From: Octopus vulgaris
Taxonomy: Eukaryota
Assembly: GCA_951406725.2 (NCBI GenBank)
Contig: OX597838.1
Span: 5,766,001 to 5,830,000, forward strand
Reading direction: 5' to 3'
DNA: 64,000 bases
Shown: in pieces, positions 13,385 to 27,525 of the stretch
Numbering within the stretch: position 1 is the first letter of the stretch
How the letters are laid out: each line of letters begins with the position of its first letter
Notes under the pieces: generated by a model
The model's database searches: none
The model's input: the letters and a program-made list of their open reading frames with translations, nothing else
Told to the model about the DNA's origin: nothing
Position numbers and translations under genes: made by a program

Positions 13385-14982
13385 ATACATATATATATAT
13401 ATGTGTGTGTGTGTGTGTATGTGTGTATGTATGTATGTATGTGTATGTGTGTGTGTCTATGCATTGATGCGCAAACATTCACAAGTTACGGAAAGATTTA
13501 ACTTTAGATGAAACGTCAATATTGAAATTTTGTGAAAATATTGTCACATATAGGTACAATAAACAAAAAAGAGTTTTGGGACACGGTGGATATTTAAATG
13601 AATGCGTTTCAATAAACAATAATCAGGAATTTCCAGGCCATTTCGTCAGATGCTTTCTATTGAATTATACCATCTATTGAGACGTCGCACCTCTCTAGCA
13701 ACGAGTATCGTTCCAACGAATTGAAATTATATTAATTATTGTTTTCATAAAGAAAGACTATGTGCTGGGGAGGTGCCGTAAGAACTATTAAAATATGAAA
13801 ATGAGAACCGCTGAGTCATTCACACAGAGTGTCCCTGTGTAACATTAGAGGGACTTAGTTCCTGTTTCTAGCAGTTTCCAAAGACCACGCAGGGGTTTCC
13901 TTATTGGAATATATGTTCTTAATGTGCTTTCATGACAAGCATATCTCTGAAGAGTGTAGTGTTCACTGTATACTTCTGTGTGCCTGTATGTGCTCTTGTA
14001 TTTCTGTACGTGTGATGATGTAAGTGGGTTTGTGTATGTGTATGTTTACGTGAATTTGTCAATGTGTATATATGGTGCTATTTCAGTATAACGCAGACAT
14101 CTACATCCCTTCGTTACACGAGATAGCATCTAACGCGCTAAAGAGAAAAAATTTCACATATCGGAATGAACAATATATTTGTGTGTGATGAAGTTTTGAT
14201 ACGTATCGTAACATTTGAAAACATTAAAGATTTGTTCATTTTCATTTTCAGGAAATATCTTCCCGTTTGGCTTTCCTATTCATTTATTTATTTATTAATT
14301 TATTTATTTATTCTTTTATTTACTTTTTGGCTATGCAGCAGTATCAAAAACGAAAGCAAATGTAGAACATATCTGCTCATTCATAAATTTGATATCTACC
14401 GAACTGTAAATTTGTTTTAACACAGAAATAAGAAAACAAAAATATGTCATACGTTCCTACGTGTGTACGTAATTATTTGCAGTAGTACCTGCACATACAT
14501 AGACACATAGATAAGGTTGACTATGTATGTTGTATGTGTGCGTATATGTGTATATATAAATCCATCCATATATATATATACATCTTTCTATATTGAAGCT
14601 CTTATACTCATATATGTCTGCATATGTATTCTTATACACAGAAACACATACATACATACACAGACAAAAAACAAGGATGGGCACACACACACACACACAC
14701 ACACAAATATACATATGCGATGTGTATGCGTTTCTATTGAAGCCACTTGTATTAGCTAAATCAATTTTGACATCGTTACAGATGCATGACCACAGCAGCA
14801 GGCAAAACAGCAATAAATGCAAAAGCAGTCAGAACAGGAAAACATAACAAGAAAAAAAATTGAATTACAACAAAAGCTAAGAAAAACAACATCGATAACT
14901 AATAGAACGACAAATCTAAAAAAGAGGCATATAAACACATACACAGCCACAGAGACGCACGAACACACACACAAACACACAC

Positions 14983-15050
<68 letters not shown>

Positions 15051-15913
15051 CATATGTAACTCTCATCATCAAAATGTCACAAAAACTGTAGGAGCCGCAT
15101 CAATCTTAGCAATGTGGACAACAAATATATTGTGAAAATACAAATTTCAAAATTTAAAACATAAACTCAATAAAAGAATCATGAAGATAAATGAAATACA
15201 GTAAAACATAACCCAACGAGTTTCAAATAAATATATAACGCTGAAAATCCAAAAACAAAAACCCCAAAAAACAACGAAACAACAAACAGAATATCAAGGG
15301 AAAACAACAGTGACAACCACAACCATAGCAATAACAACAACACCAGCTACTGTATTAAATAAGTCTAATCTCTGAGAGTTCCTTTCATGTTAATGGTGGT
15401 ATTTTTGATATATTGCATCTCCATCGCCCACGTGATAGAAACTGTCGCGTGTCGCTCATCTGTTTCAAATGACTCCTTACGCATATTTATGTCTCACAAA
15501 CAGAGCGCCGTTGTTATTATTACAAAAAAAAATATTTTTGGGTTTTTTTAATGTCATAACTTCATTCGTGTTTCGGGGAGTTTTGCTTTAAAAAGTATGA
15601 GTAAATTCCACCGATCTCTTACACATTGAATACTGACTATACCATTGCCGCTTTGGGCAACTCACTAATAACACAGCAATGCCACCATCGTATCATTTTC
15701 GTGTTGTATGTCAAGCTAACTGTCAATTTTGTACCTTTTCGGGCAATGCTTTGCGAAGTGGTGTTGTGAAGTTCTGGACGTGACAAAATGGCAAGCGAAT
15801 TAATATTTCAGTCTGTCTAAAATTATAAACTCGTGTATTCGCTCCCAATGTGCATCAATGGCAACGAGATGAAGCTATTTCTACCATAGCATTGAGTCGT
15901 TTAATAGAATATA

Positions 15914-16148
15914 TGGCTGTGTTCTAAGAAACTTGCCTCTTCACTAGATAATTCCGGGTACATTTCCACTGCGTGGCACATTCATGCAAATTTCTTCTAC
16001 TACAGCCATGAAACGAGCAGAGCTTTGAGGGCGGATTTGGTAGACTGAAACTGAAAGAAAGTGGCGTATAGACACACACACTCACAGAAACACACACACA
16101 TATCGATATGTACATTTATGTGTGTTTATTTGTGTCTATCTTTCTGTT
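15914..16148 (+). mobile_element. Old SINE family A 5' half
   Basis: Degenerate match: tggctgtgtt...ccactgcgtggcac...ggatttggtagactgaaactgaaagaa. Confidence 0.65.
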
Positions 16149-16156
16149 TGCGGTAG

Positions 16157-16265
16157 CCAAATACACTCAAAAGATATTGGTCCGTCCGTGACTATAGTAC
16201 AAGGCACTTGCCCAAGTTTCCATGAATACATGTAGGTTGGAAGCAAGTTTGTTACCACACAGTCT
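16157..16265 (-). mobile_element. Old SINE family A 5' fragment, inverted
   Basis: Contains cacttgcccaag and ttaccacacag, the reverse complement of the family A head. Confidence 0.6.
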
Positions 16266-16345
16266 CAACTCACTTATAATATAGAACTCTATTACGCAAC
16301 GTGTATCAGAGTTTTCTTCATAGTATGATGGTATTTAAATTATAA

Positions 16346-16767
16346 GGTGGCGAGCTGGCAGAAACGTTAGCACGCCGGGCGAAATGCTTAGTGGTATTTC
16401 GCTTGTCGTTACGTTGTGAGTTCAAATTCCGCCGAGGTCGACTTTGCCTTTCATCCTTTCGGGGGTCGATAAATTAAGTACCAGTTACGCACTGGGGTCG
16501 ATGTAATCGATTTAATACCTATGTCTGTCCTTGTTTGTCCCCTCTGTGTTTAGCCCCTTGTGGGTAATAAAGAAATAGAAATAGGTATTTCACTTCTCGT
16601 TACGTTGTGAGTTCAAATTCCGCCGAGGTTGACTTTGCCTTTCATCCTTTCGGGGTCGATAAATTAAGTACCAGTTACGCACTGGGGTCGATGTAATCGA
16701 CTTAATACCTATGTCTGTCCTTGTTTGTCCCCTCTATATTTAGCCCCTTATGGGTAATAAAGAAATA
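16346..16767 (+). mobile_element. tRNA-derived SINE family B with tandemly duplicated 3' part and 15-bp TSD
   Basis: Head ggtggcgagctggcagaaacg; B-box-like gagttcaaattcc; core gcctttcatcctttcggggtcgataaattaagtaccag (resembles, from memory, the Meta/MESC central SINE domain). ggtatttaaattata occurs at 16330-16344 and 16768-16782. Confidence 0.9.
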
Positions 16768-17663
16768 GGTATTTAAATTATATTTCACGGAGACCCGTAA
16801 ATTGGCTAAGATTTTAAATCGACACTGGGGCTACTTCGATGATAAATATTAACGTGAAAGCTGCAGGTGACTTCATTGTTTAGTTAAATGTATGACTACA
16901 AATTTCCTGGCCAAAGCAAACTGAGAATTCTTTCGATGTTGTTATGTTTTATAATAAATCGTAATGTTAATAAATATTTTTTCATATATCAGTCATTGGT
17001 TTTATCATTACATCGGGAAGCTATCGCGTAAAAACTTCGTGGTGGAATTGCAAATAGGTTCCTATGAAAATGCAAGAAAGATTTAGCAGGTTTAAGACCG
17101 CGATTTTCAAGATTTGCGTCTTTATGCAACAGTTCACAGAATAGATACACGAATTGATGGGTGTGTTTTGTAATGAAATATGTCAACACCTTATCACATT
17201 CTATATAGTGACATTCACTGGAATTTGCAAGCATCCAAACATAGAGGGAACAATATGTTGTAAAAAGAAGAAGCTAAATATTATCCAGATAAACATAAAT
17301 TTCAATAAAACGTTTCACTTAAATGTGCACATATATCAATGGAGGTAGCTAAATAGTGAAAGAGGGAGAGCAGGTTTTTGTGTGTGTGTGTATATGTTTT
17401 AGGTGTGTGTGCATTTGTGATAGATAAAGGGTGAGAGAGAGAGAGAGAGAGAGAGAAATAGAGACGAGAGAGAGAGAGAGAGAGAAATAGAGACGAGAGA
17501 TAGATAGATAGATTATTTGACCAGGTGTGGAATTTCAAATCAGAGTAAGTAGGCTATTCATGCATTTCAATACAAGAGTTAAAATACTGAAAAAAAGCTG
17601 TCCCAAACATTTTAAAACAATACGATTTTCGTGACAGGAACTTAAAACATAGAATCACACACA

Positions 17664-17665
<2 letters not shown>

Positions 17666-17749
<84 letters not shown>
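17666..17749. repeat. (TC)n(CA)n microsatellite
   Basis: Directly visible. Confidence 0.95.
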
Positions 17750-17750
<1 letters not shown>

Positions 17751-18376
17751 GGACACATTGATAAACACACAGACAAACACAAACTCACACAGACACAAAG
17801 ACAGAGATACGCAGGGATATAAACACACAACACCACGCAACGGAAAAACCCGCATCGGTAGGACGACAGAGAATTAAGCAGGAACGTTAATTTAAAGCAC
17901 CACTTTAAAAATCTAGTGTAAATTAATTAATAGCTTTCAATTATATTTACTCAGGAATAAAGGATATCTTGTGTGATGCTTGTCACAGTTCAATATATAG
18001 TTTGCTGAAACAACAGCTCGGACAGCGTTCGGTGTATTTAATCGATGATTTTGTCACAATGCTTGGCAGGTATTTTAAAGTAACGTCCTAGCAAACACGC
18101 GATATGCATTCCTATATGTATTCGTGTATATGTATATGGTTGCATGTACAAATGAATACGGTTGTATGTGGACATATATATATGTGTGTGTGTCTGTGTG
18201 TGTGTGTGTATGTGAGTGCACGTTCACACACACACACACACACGTACGTACGTAAGCTCGTGGAAAGAGGTATGTATCTATCTACACGTTTAACGAACTC
18301 TATCGCTGTATCTTTATCATTAAGCTCAAAATTTAAACCTATAACCACGAACAAGATAAACATAAATACATACGTA

Positions 18377-18451
<75 letters not shown>

Positions 18452-18556
18452 ATGTGTAGTATATTGTGTTATAATTTTTTAATATTTATCTTATTTTCTA
18501 ACATTAGTGTAAACCACATATATTTGCACTAACCAAGCGTAATGATGATGGCTTTA

Positions 18557-18592
<36 letters not shown>

Positions 18593-18649
18593 CACTAACA
18601 TCCAGATATACAGAACCGCTTATTTGCACAAATATATAAATGAACACAC

Positions 18650-18728
<79 letters not shown>

Positions 18729-19353
18729 TATAAATATGTATATACATCAGTAGGATGTTATGCGTAGGTACATATGGTAGTTGTGAAGAAAAAGCACAAG
18801 AGCTTGGAGCAGCATCGTACTATATATGAATTATTTGATGCGTATGCAGAAATATACATATGCATGTAGTATGTGTGTCTGAAAACTCCTGCACTATTTA
18901 CCAAGTGAAACTTACTCTGTATCAATCAAAAGTACCAAGAGAGGTGTAATATTTGGTACATGCAAAACGCAGTGCAATTCATGCAGCCTTAATGCAAACA
19001 CGTTTGTGCATTAATGCACAAATAATCACAATACATTTATTTTGTTGTTTTTGTGCATTTGCTGAATTTAAACGAGAACACTTCAATCTCGACTGCACTT
19101 CAAATTCTGGATGGGATCTTGTGATAGAAATGAATCGATATTGAATATATTGGAATATCTGCGAAGAGATTATACCTATGTGTATATCCATGCCCGTTTG
19201 TATGCAATCTTAGATGCACCTATCAATGCACGGTTGCACTTATATGTAAGTAATTGTGGGTTTGAATGTATATGTCTGTATGTCTCTATTTCCGCATTAG
19301 TACATTAGTAATGCGAATATTATGCATTCACAGGATTGTGCATCGGGTCTGGA

Positions 19354-19391
<38 letters not shown>

Positions 19392-20049
19392 CATACACAC
19401 ATATATACATATATGTATATATGTGTATGTATGTACATATTTTTATGTATATATGTATAAACCTATACATATGCGTGAATGGTTATGCACGAATTTTTAT
19501 ATACACATACACACATATACGATAGTTATGACGGGCGCGTGTGTACCTGCGTGTACGTTTGTCTTTATTTGCATTTACCTGTGATCGTCCGTGCGCGTGG
19601 ACATCCAATTTATGTTGTCGTAGGCTTACTTATGGCTTCTTTCCTGATGCATTGGTTTATTTCATATGCACAAGTTTCTATGCTCGTATTGACTGTTACG
19701 ACATGTAGTACCATTGATATGCTTACATTCATTTAATATTCAATTTCTCTTAACTTCTAATATACCGCAGGGAATTTTAAAGTATTGACGTGGAAACCTA
19801 AAATTCTAAGCCAAATATATACACTATTACTATTAAAAATTCTTTTTAAAGTTGGAGTATTTTCTTACTAAATTTGGTATCTATTATGGAAAAATAAGGA
19901 TCGAAAATCCATGTAAGACGTTGTAGAACTTCAGATTGTCATTTATGTGTGTGTGCATAAATTAGCTGTTAGTGACGGAATCAGCCATTCCAACGAATAT
20001 TAATTACGACGACGAATTTTATTTGGATATGTTGTTTAAATCAACATAT

Positions 20050-20600
20050 TCTGCAGTGACATCATGATAAAATAACTAGGTACAGATGAGAAATATTAAA
20101 GTAACTTCGAAATTTGGTATATTCGATTACATTTCGTGAGCATCGGTGGATGGTAACACTGCATCAACTGATCTTACTGTTTTGTGGATCATCAACAATA
20201 GAAAGACAAGCATCAAATGCCAGACAGAAAACTAAACCTATATGGAAGAATCCTGGGCAAACGGCCAGTGATTTCTTGAAAATCTGATAGGTTGTGAATA
20301 AATTAGTAATTAACGACAGAACACGCTTTGTAGCGCATATAATTTAGCAGTTCCATAGTAATCGGGATGCCGTGCTTTGTAACGCCGTAGGATGCGGTGA
20401 ACGTCTCGATAATACATTCCGTGTAGACTATGAATGCTAAACAGTATGCAAATTTTGTATCGGTTGATTTAATTTCGAAGATCCTGCGGACTGCGCTGCT
20501 GTATAACAGAATTTCAGCATATGGTGCATCATTAGCAATAGCAAGCCAAGCACGAAGGCCAAAAAGAAACATCAGTTAAATGTATATTGAATAATATTCG
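20050..20600 (+). mobile_element. Possible highly decayed Tigger/pogo-like transposase remnant
   Basis: Patchy translations (SNFEIWYIRLHF, PIWKNPGQTASDF, KKKHQL) loosely resemble the DDE_1 C-terminal region; many stops and frameshifts. Confidence 0.3.
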
Positions 20601-21469
20601 GCAAACAGCCAATGATGTCTCGAAAAGCTGGCGGGAAATGTATAAATTTACCCGGCTTTATAAACAGAAAACGACATCATGTGGGATATGATAATTAATG
20701 TATGTTAGGAAGGCTGCTTCTTCGCTAATATTTAGTGTGTGTGTGTGTATGTGTGTGCGTGCGTTGTTGTGTGTGTGTGAGTGGATTTGTGATGTGTGGA
20801 TGCATTTTCCAGTGCATGTATCTACATATCTGTATATCCTACCCTCTTCATGTTTCACTTTCTATATACATATTTATAAATATATAAGTGTATATCTGTA
20901 TATATGGGGATATATATGTATCCATGTCTGTATGTATATATGTGTGTACGTATGTCTGCATACACTGCATTGAGTTGAATCACTTAGTGAACTGATCTTT
21001 TAATTCTATTCCAGGAAATATGGATTTTAGCGTCATACAACTTCGACTTGGTAACTGAAATAAAAACACTGATTCCCCGAAAAAAATGAAAAAAAAGAAA
21101 GAAAGAAGTGAAAGAAAAAACACACAGGCCTGATGCAATCAGCAATGGCGCAAAACATTATAGTTTTCAGTTGAACATCTAAGGATGAAAGAGAAGGAAA
21201 TAAAAGTGAACGACCTCCACGCCTTTAAATGTGGACATTAATAATCTTTTAAATAATTGAAGTGGAATTTTAAATTTCTATGAACGATAACTTTGGCACA
21301 ACATGTAATATATTTGAATTCCACTTAACAACTGAATGGGCTCGTAAATGGTTAAACTGTTTCTTGTAAGATATGATTCGTTCAGTTCCAGCACTTCGTC
21401 TTAGAAAACGTCATTTCCAAGACTAGTAAAATGAATGGATGATAGAATACACCATAAGTTGACAGAAAT

Positions 21470-21795
21470 GACTTTACGTTCTGAGTTCAAATTCCGCCGA
21501 GGTTGACTTTGCCTTTCATTCTTTCGGGCTCGATAAATTAAATACCAGTTACGTACTGGGGTCGATCTAACCGACTTAAGCCCTTTGCCTGTTTGTCCCC
21601 TCTGTTTATCCCCTTGTGGGTAGTGAAGAAATGAGAAACGTCTTTATGTTCTGAGTTCAAATTCCGCCGATGTCGACTTTACCTTTCATCATTTCGGGGG
21701 CCGATAAATTAAGTACCTGTTACGTATTGGGGATCGATGTAATCGACGGGCCCTATCACCCAAAATTTCTTGTATTGTGCCTAGAGTTGAAAAAA
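21470..21795 (+). mobile_element. SINE family B, two head-less units in tandem
   Basis: ttctgagttcaaattccgccga...gtcgat...cgac occurs twice; the two units carry different tails. Confidence 0.8.
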
Positions 21796-22009
21796 CATGT
21801 CACCATTAGTATTCGAGAGAGTAGAATTAGCAATTTCCTCCATTGCATCCAAACCTCTGGCTTTATGCCTTTGTTAGAGGCTTTTATACGGATAAAACGC
21901 AAAAGTAAAAAACAAAACAAAAAGAAACCGAAGTAGTTCTCATAAATATGATTTAGGATTTTAAAAATAAGAGAGAGAAGTGACAATCGAAGAGAATTAT
22001 TGCGTCACT

Positions 22010-22145
22010 TTGTGGTTAACGATTTGTTTCCCAACCATTTGGTTTTGGGTTCAGTTCCACAGTGAAGCACCTTCGGCAAATGTGTTCCACGATAGTTCCA
22101 GGCCGACAGAAAATTTGCGATAGAATTTAATACGCGGCAGTTTAA
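22010..22145 (+). mobile_element. Old SINE family A 5' fragment
   Basis: ccaaccatttggttttgggttcagttccacagtg...ggccgac. Confidence 0.55.
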
Positions 22146-22289
22146 TGAAACCGGTTGCTTTCGAAAACAAATCTGTGTTCCCCTTTAAATTCAGAGTTAA
22201 TATTATTAGTAAACTTAATATATTTAGGATTCTGTATTTTATTTTAAGATTTGGAGGCGATATTTTTCACGTTCTATTGTTTATTATAT

Positions 22290-22690
22290 TCTCTTCTACT
22301 CTAGGAACGAGACCCGAAGTTTTTGGGGAAGCGGGGTCCAGTCGATTAGATCGACTCTAGTACACAACTGGTGCTAAATTTATCATACTCGAAAGGATGA
22401 AAGGCAAAGTCGACCTCGGCGAAATTTGAACTCTGAACCCAAAGGCAGACGAAATACCTACTTCTTTACTACCCACAAGGGGCTAAACACAGAGAGGACA
22501 AACAAGGACAGACAAACGGATTAAGTCGATTATACCGACCCCAGTGCATAATTGGTACTTATTTAATCGACCCCGAAAGGATGAAAGGCAAAGTGGACCT
22601 CGGCGGAATTTGAACTCAGAACCTAAAGGCAGACGAAATACCTCTAAGTATTTCGCCTGGCGTGCAGACGTTTCTGCTAGCTCGTCACCT
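22290..22690 (-). mobile_element. SINE family B, full unit plus a tandem head-less unit
   Basis: Reverse complement of family B; cgaaaggatgaaaggcaaagt and ggcagacgaaatacc each occur twice. Confidence 0.85.
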
Positions 22691-23243
22691 TGCATTGTGT
22701 GCTTTATTAAAGATGTCGAAGTTTGACAAGTCTTTGATGTAATAATCTGCCAGTGTGTAGAGTTGGAGGGGGGTGCAAGTATCTACCCATAACCATGTGA
22801 CAAGTTATTCAGTTTGTGAGATATTTTTAGTGATTTATTAGCAGAAATTTGAAGGACAAAATTCACGAACAACATACCCCCACCCCAGACAAATATGAAA
22901 AGGTGTATAGCTTAATGCCTGCCGCGCAAATATAAAGGAAATGGAAACTCAGAAATTGAAAAACGAAAAAAGAAATGTCGTGTGGCTGTGATTGCTTACG
23001 TGATACATTTTCAGAATGAGCATGTTTTCTCTCCCCTTAACGCAAAGCTGCATTCGTGGACATTTTTCCCGAAATTCCTCTGCTTCAAACATATGATGAA
23101 GAAAATTCAGAAAAAAAATAATAAATAAAAAATGAAATAAAAATTACAGAAAAATAAGAAAAAATATTGAAAAGAAAAGGAACATATTCGAAAAAAAGCT
23201 TAAACATGAAAATGCTACGGTCTGGTGACTATTGCATAAATAA

Positions 23244-23274
<31 letters not shown>

Positions 23275-24764
23275 AGACATACGAACAAATGTTGAACACC
23301 CGCATAGGTGTTTTCTTCTCTCTCTTTTTTTTTCAGAATACGTAGCCAGCCATAACATTTTCATGTTTGACCTTTTTCAAAATCTTAGTGTTTTTTTTAA
23401 GAAATGGAAATAATTTTCATTTGAAACATATTTATTTATAAATCATTTTTTGGAGAATAGCGATGTCAGATTTTTAAAAGGAAAATAAGAATTAATTTTT
23501 TGCGAAAAAAAAAACAAACAACCATGCATACACACATACATGCATATATACATACATACATAGGCACACAGGCAAAGAGACAAGTAGACTGGTTGACAAA
23601 CACACACACACACATATACATATACATATTCGTGTTGGTCAATATTACAAAGTAGGCAATGCAGAGAAGCAGGAATGGAGATTTCCAAAAAATGCTCAGA
23701 AATTATTGTGATATAAACGTTGGTTCTGAAATCGGAATCTTTTTTCGGAAGCACAAAAACAGTTAAAGTCAGAGAGTGAAAGAAATTATAGTCTTACCTG
23801 AGCATAAACTGATGATGATCATCATGATGATGATGACGATGATGATGATGATTATAATGATGATGATGATGACGACGACGGTAATTATGATGTTGATGAT
23901 GATGATAACGACGACGTTGATGCTCCGGATAATGTCGACGATGATTATATGCTAAATATATAAGGATAAGGATCATTGAACTAAACTTAATGCGTTCTAC
24001 CTATTTCTCTTTCTCTTTTTATATTTTTCGAAATTTCCACCCGCTTTATATTGTATCGGACGCTATATGCCTTTGATATATCATACTATACGCATATAGT
24101 CATAGTACATTGCAATACGAAATATATACTTATATAGAGAACATACTGTAATTGGTTTTTGAAATTATATCACAAATGTACTAAAATTATCATAAATGGG
24201 TACACGGTGAATGGAATAACATGACGAACGAACGAATATTACTTTTAAATATTTCTGCAAGTTTAAGAAATAACATCGGGCATGTTTCGGAGTTAATGAG
24301 TTTAGTGAAAAAGAAACTTAAATGACAATACATAACAAACTAAAAAAAAATACAAAAAAAGTGAAATATCTGTGTAAATCTAAAAGCTTTTACAATTGGT
24401 GGAGTAATGAAAATGGGCAAAAAAAAAATTGAGATTTCGTTAAAAGAGAGAAAGAGAGGAAGGTAGAGAGAGGAGGAGGAGAGGCAGAGTGGGGAGAGAG
24501 AGAAACCAACGTTAAGAAAAAAACGACTAAGTATCAATCAATACTTGTAGTAAGAAATGAAAAATTACTTATTCGAAATAATTACACGGAGCCTTCAAAT
24601 AAACAATATTCGTCAATTAGTCTACTGAAATAATTAAAGTGATATGATTGATTAGCTAGCTATTTCCTCCTCAGGCAAAGTTTGTTTTACGTTGTTATAC
24701 TACCTATATAAGTATTACCTTAGCTCTTATCAACGTATGTATTATAATACCTGCTTATAATATT

Positions 24765-25330
24765 GGTTTCAAACTTTTGGATACAAGCACAGCGATTTCC
24801 AGGAGGCAGGTAGTCGATTACATCGACACAATTGCTCAGCTTTCTTAGATGTATTCTTATTTTCCTTATTTTATCGATCCCGAAAGTATGAAAGACTACC
24901 CCTACCTGAGCACGATTAGAACTCGCAGAGTAAAGAGTGGTGAGGTAACACTAAACTTTTCGCTCGGCGTGCTAACGACTCTGCCATCGCACCACATTAA
25001 TTTTTAACTTTATTGGAATAGATTTACCAAAAGAATGAAATGTAAAGTCGTATGCAGCGGTATTTTAAGTTTGATCTCAGAATTTAGAGACAGAAAAGCT
25101 GCTGCTTTGAATTTTGTCCGGCTTCCTACGTTTCTCCCGATATATCGCCTTCTTACATGTGAATAAAGGTTTCAAATTTTGCCGCAGGTCCTGCAGATTT
25201 TGAGCGCGTTAATAAGTTACTTTTATCTACCCCGGAATCTTGGAAGACTATTTGGACCCCGGTGAAATTCGAGCTCAGAACTTAAAGAGGGACAGATTGG
25301 TGTTAGGTATGTTGTCCGGAGAACTAACAA
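24765..25330 (-). mobile_element. Cluster of about three old SINE family B fragments
   Basis: Degenerate pieces such as gtcgattacatcgac, tttatcgatcccgaaag, ctcagaa and cggcgtgctaacg. Confidence 0.55.
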
Positions 25331-25429
25331 TTAATTCTTTCATTTTACTGCCTTTTATGATTTAATAATGATACCAAACATGCTTGCTTTATACATGTAT
25401 ACAAACCCACCCACCCACATATACGCAGA

Positions 25430-25475
<46 letters not shown>

Positions 25476-26859
25476 CCCATATATATACATATATATGTAT
25501 ATATATATATATACACTTGCGTACACACATATATTCATAGACACACGCAAATACGTATATTTACTTTAAGCATCTTAAATAATCTATATGATTTCAGGAG
25601 AAGCATCCACCGAACGTTTCGATACGTGGACTATTACAATTATGATACAAATATCATATATATGTGCGTATGAGTGTTCGTAGCGCTGTATGTACATATG
25701 TGAGGGTGTATGGTTCTGTATTGTGTGTGATGCGACTATGTAAAGGCGCGACTCATTCACTTTTATATGATTATGCTTGAATATATTTTATGTTTATTAG
25801 TTCTCGTATATACTTATACATTAGTTCTCATTCTTAGTGCATATCTGCATGTATGAAGAGACTTCGATAGATAGATAGATAGATAGATAGATAAGGATGG
25901 AGGAGAAGAGAGAAATCAGCTAACGCCACACGAGTCATAATGTTCGTGAAGCGGAAATGATACGAAGACTTAATGCCGAATGAGAATTGATTTAATTTCA
26001 GAAAGAAATTTATATCCCGTTCAGGAATGTTGCTATTTTAATAAGTCACCGAAAATTCAAGAAATCTGTCTGCGGGGTATCAGATAACTCATAAAGCACT
26101 AAAACGTTACATTTAAAGTACACAAGCAAAGGAGAAAATCAAATAAAAGTAACAAAGCAACCTGCAGAAACCGGAGAACGATAATCATGATGATAATATT
26201 ATTAATAATAATGAGAAAGAGTGGCTTTATATATCTTGGAGATCTACTAGAGATAAACGAAAAGTTATGAAAAAAATAATGATGGTGTTTGGGAAAGGCG
26301 AAGAAATATTGGGTAGATAATAAAAAGTTGAAAACAAAACACTTCCCTCAAGTCATCTTTATATTAATTTTCATTTTAGCAAATCTTTAAAAGTATTATT
26401 AACTTTTTCCAATATAGTCATATTACAGACCACGGTAGAAAGAATACTGATATACGGTTCACAGTTTATCGCTGAACATACATAGTAGAATAAATAAAAG
26501 TTTAGTGTTTTAAAAAGAAAGTGTTTATAAGTCCCTTCGGGATGGATTGTAACGAAACCTTAACGGTTATGTATGACGCATGTACGGAGATTAAACATAC
26601 AGAATATATTAACATATCACAGTGTATATTGTTGGTTTCGTTGCGCTATTTATGCTGTGGATAGAATAAACAATATGTTTGGGTCAAATTTGTTTGGGGA
26701 AAACAGGTTGGTTGAAGTAAATTCATAATATTAGTTAGGAGAAAATATGAAGGAATACTTTCATAGGTATACACACACATACATACACATACACAATCAC
26801 ATGCGTCTGTATATGTGTGTTTTTATGCGTCGTTATGTATGTATATACATATATATATG

Positions 26860-26890
<31 letters not shown>

Positions 26891-26984
26891 GTGTGTGTTT
26901 ATAGTACAATCACCAGCCTCTATATATATATATATATATATATATGCACTCATACATATATACACACATGCATAATATATATAT

Positions 26985-27036
<52 letters not shown>

Positions 27037-27140
27037 ATGTGTGTGCGTGTGTATGTATATATATACATATATATATATCTATATATACAGAGAGTGAGGG
27101 AGAAAGAGAGACAGAAAGAGAGAGAGATGGATATATATAT

Positions 27141-27292
27141 ATGCCTATATGCTGAAAGTAGACGCTGAATACGTCCAAACACTGCAAATATTCCCTCCAC
27201 ATATATACTCAGGTTGAAATATGCGTATATAAGTGGAGTGAATGTCAGCAGTGTTTGGACGTATTTGGCGTCTACTTTCAGCATATAGGCAT
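27141..27292. repeat. Foldback inverted repeat (68-bp arms, 16-bp spacer), MITE-like
   Basis: 27141-27208 is the reverse complement of 27225-27292 with about 7 mismatches. Confidence 0.9.
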
Positions 27293-27464
27293 GTTAGCTT
27301 ACGTGCCCTTACGTATACGTGTACCCTATACAATTACATATCTGGATATATGTATTTTACCGGGCAGGGTTTTTATTTATATTTTTACCCTTATTTTAAG
27401 TAAAAGGTTTTATTATATGCTCTGCCAAAGATAAAATTCAATCATTTTAATGACTATTTTTAAT

Positions 27465-27525
<61 letters not shown>

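Noticed and set aside
13620-13655. Minus-strand CUGACGA...GAAA
   Set aside because: The intervening 9 nt do not form helix II, and there is no helix I or cleavage triplet.
23312-23345. Polypyrimidine tract plus CAG splice acceptors (also near 51139)
   Set aside because: No matching donor or coding frame follows; such sites are common by chance here.
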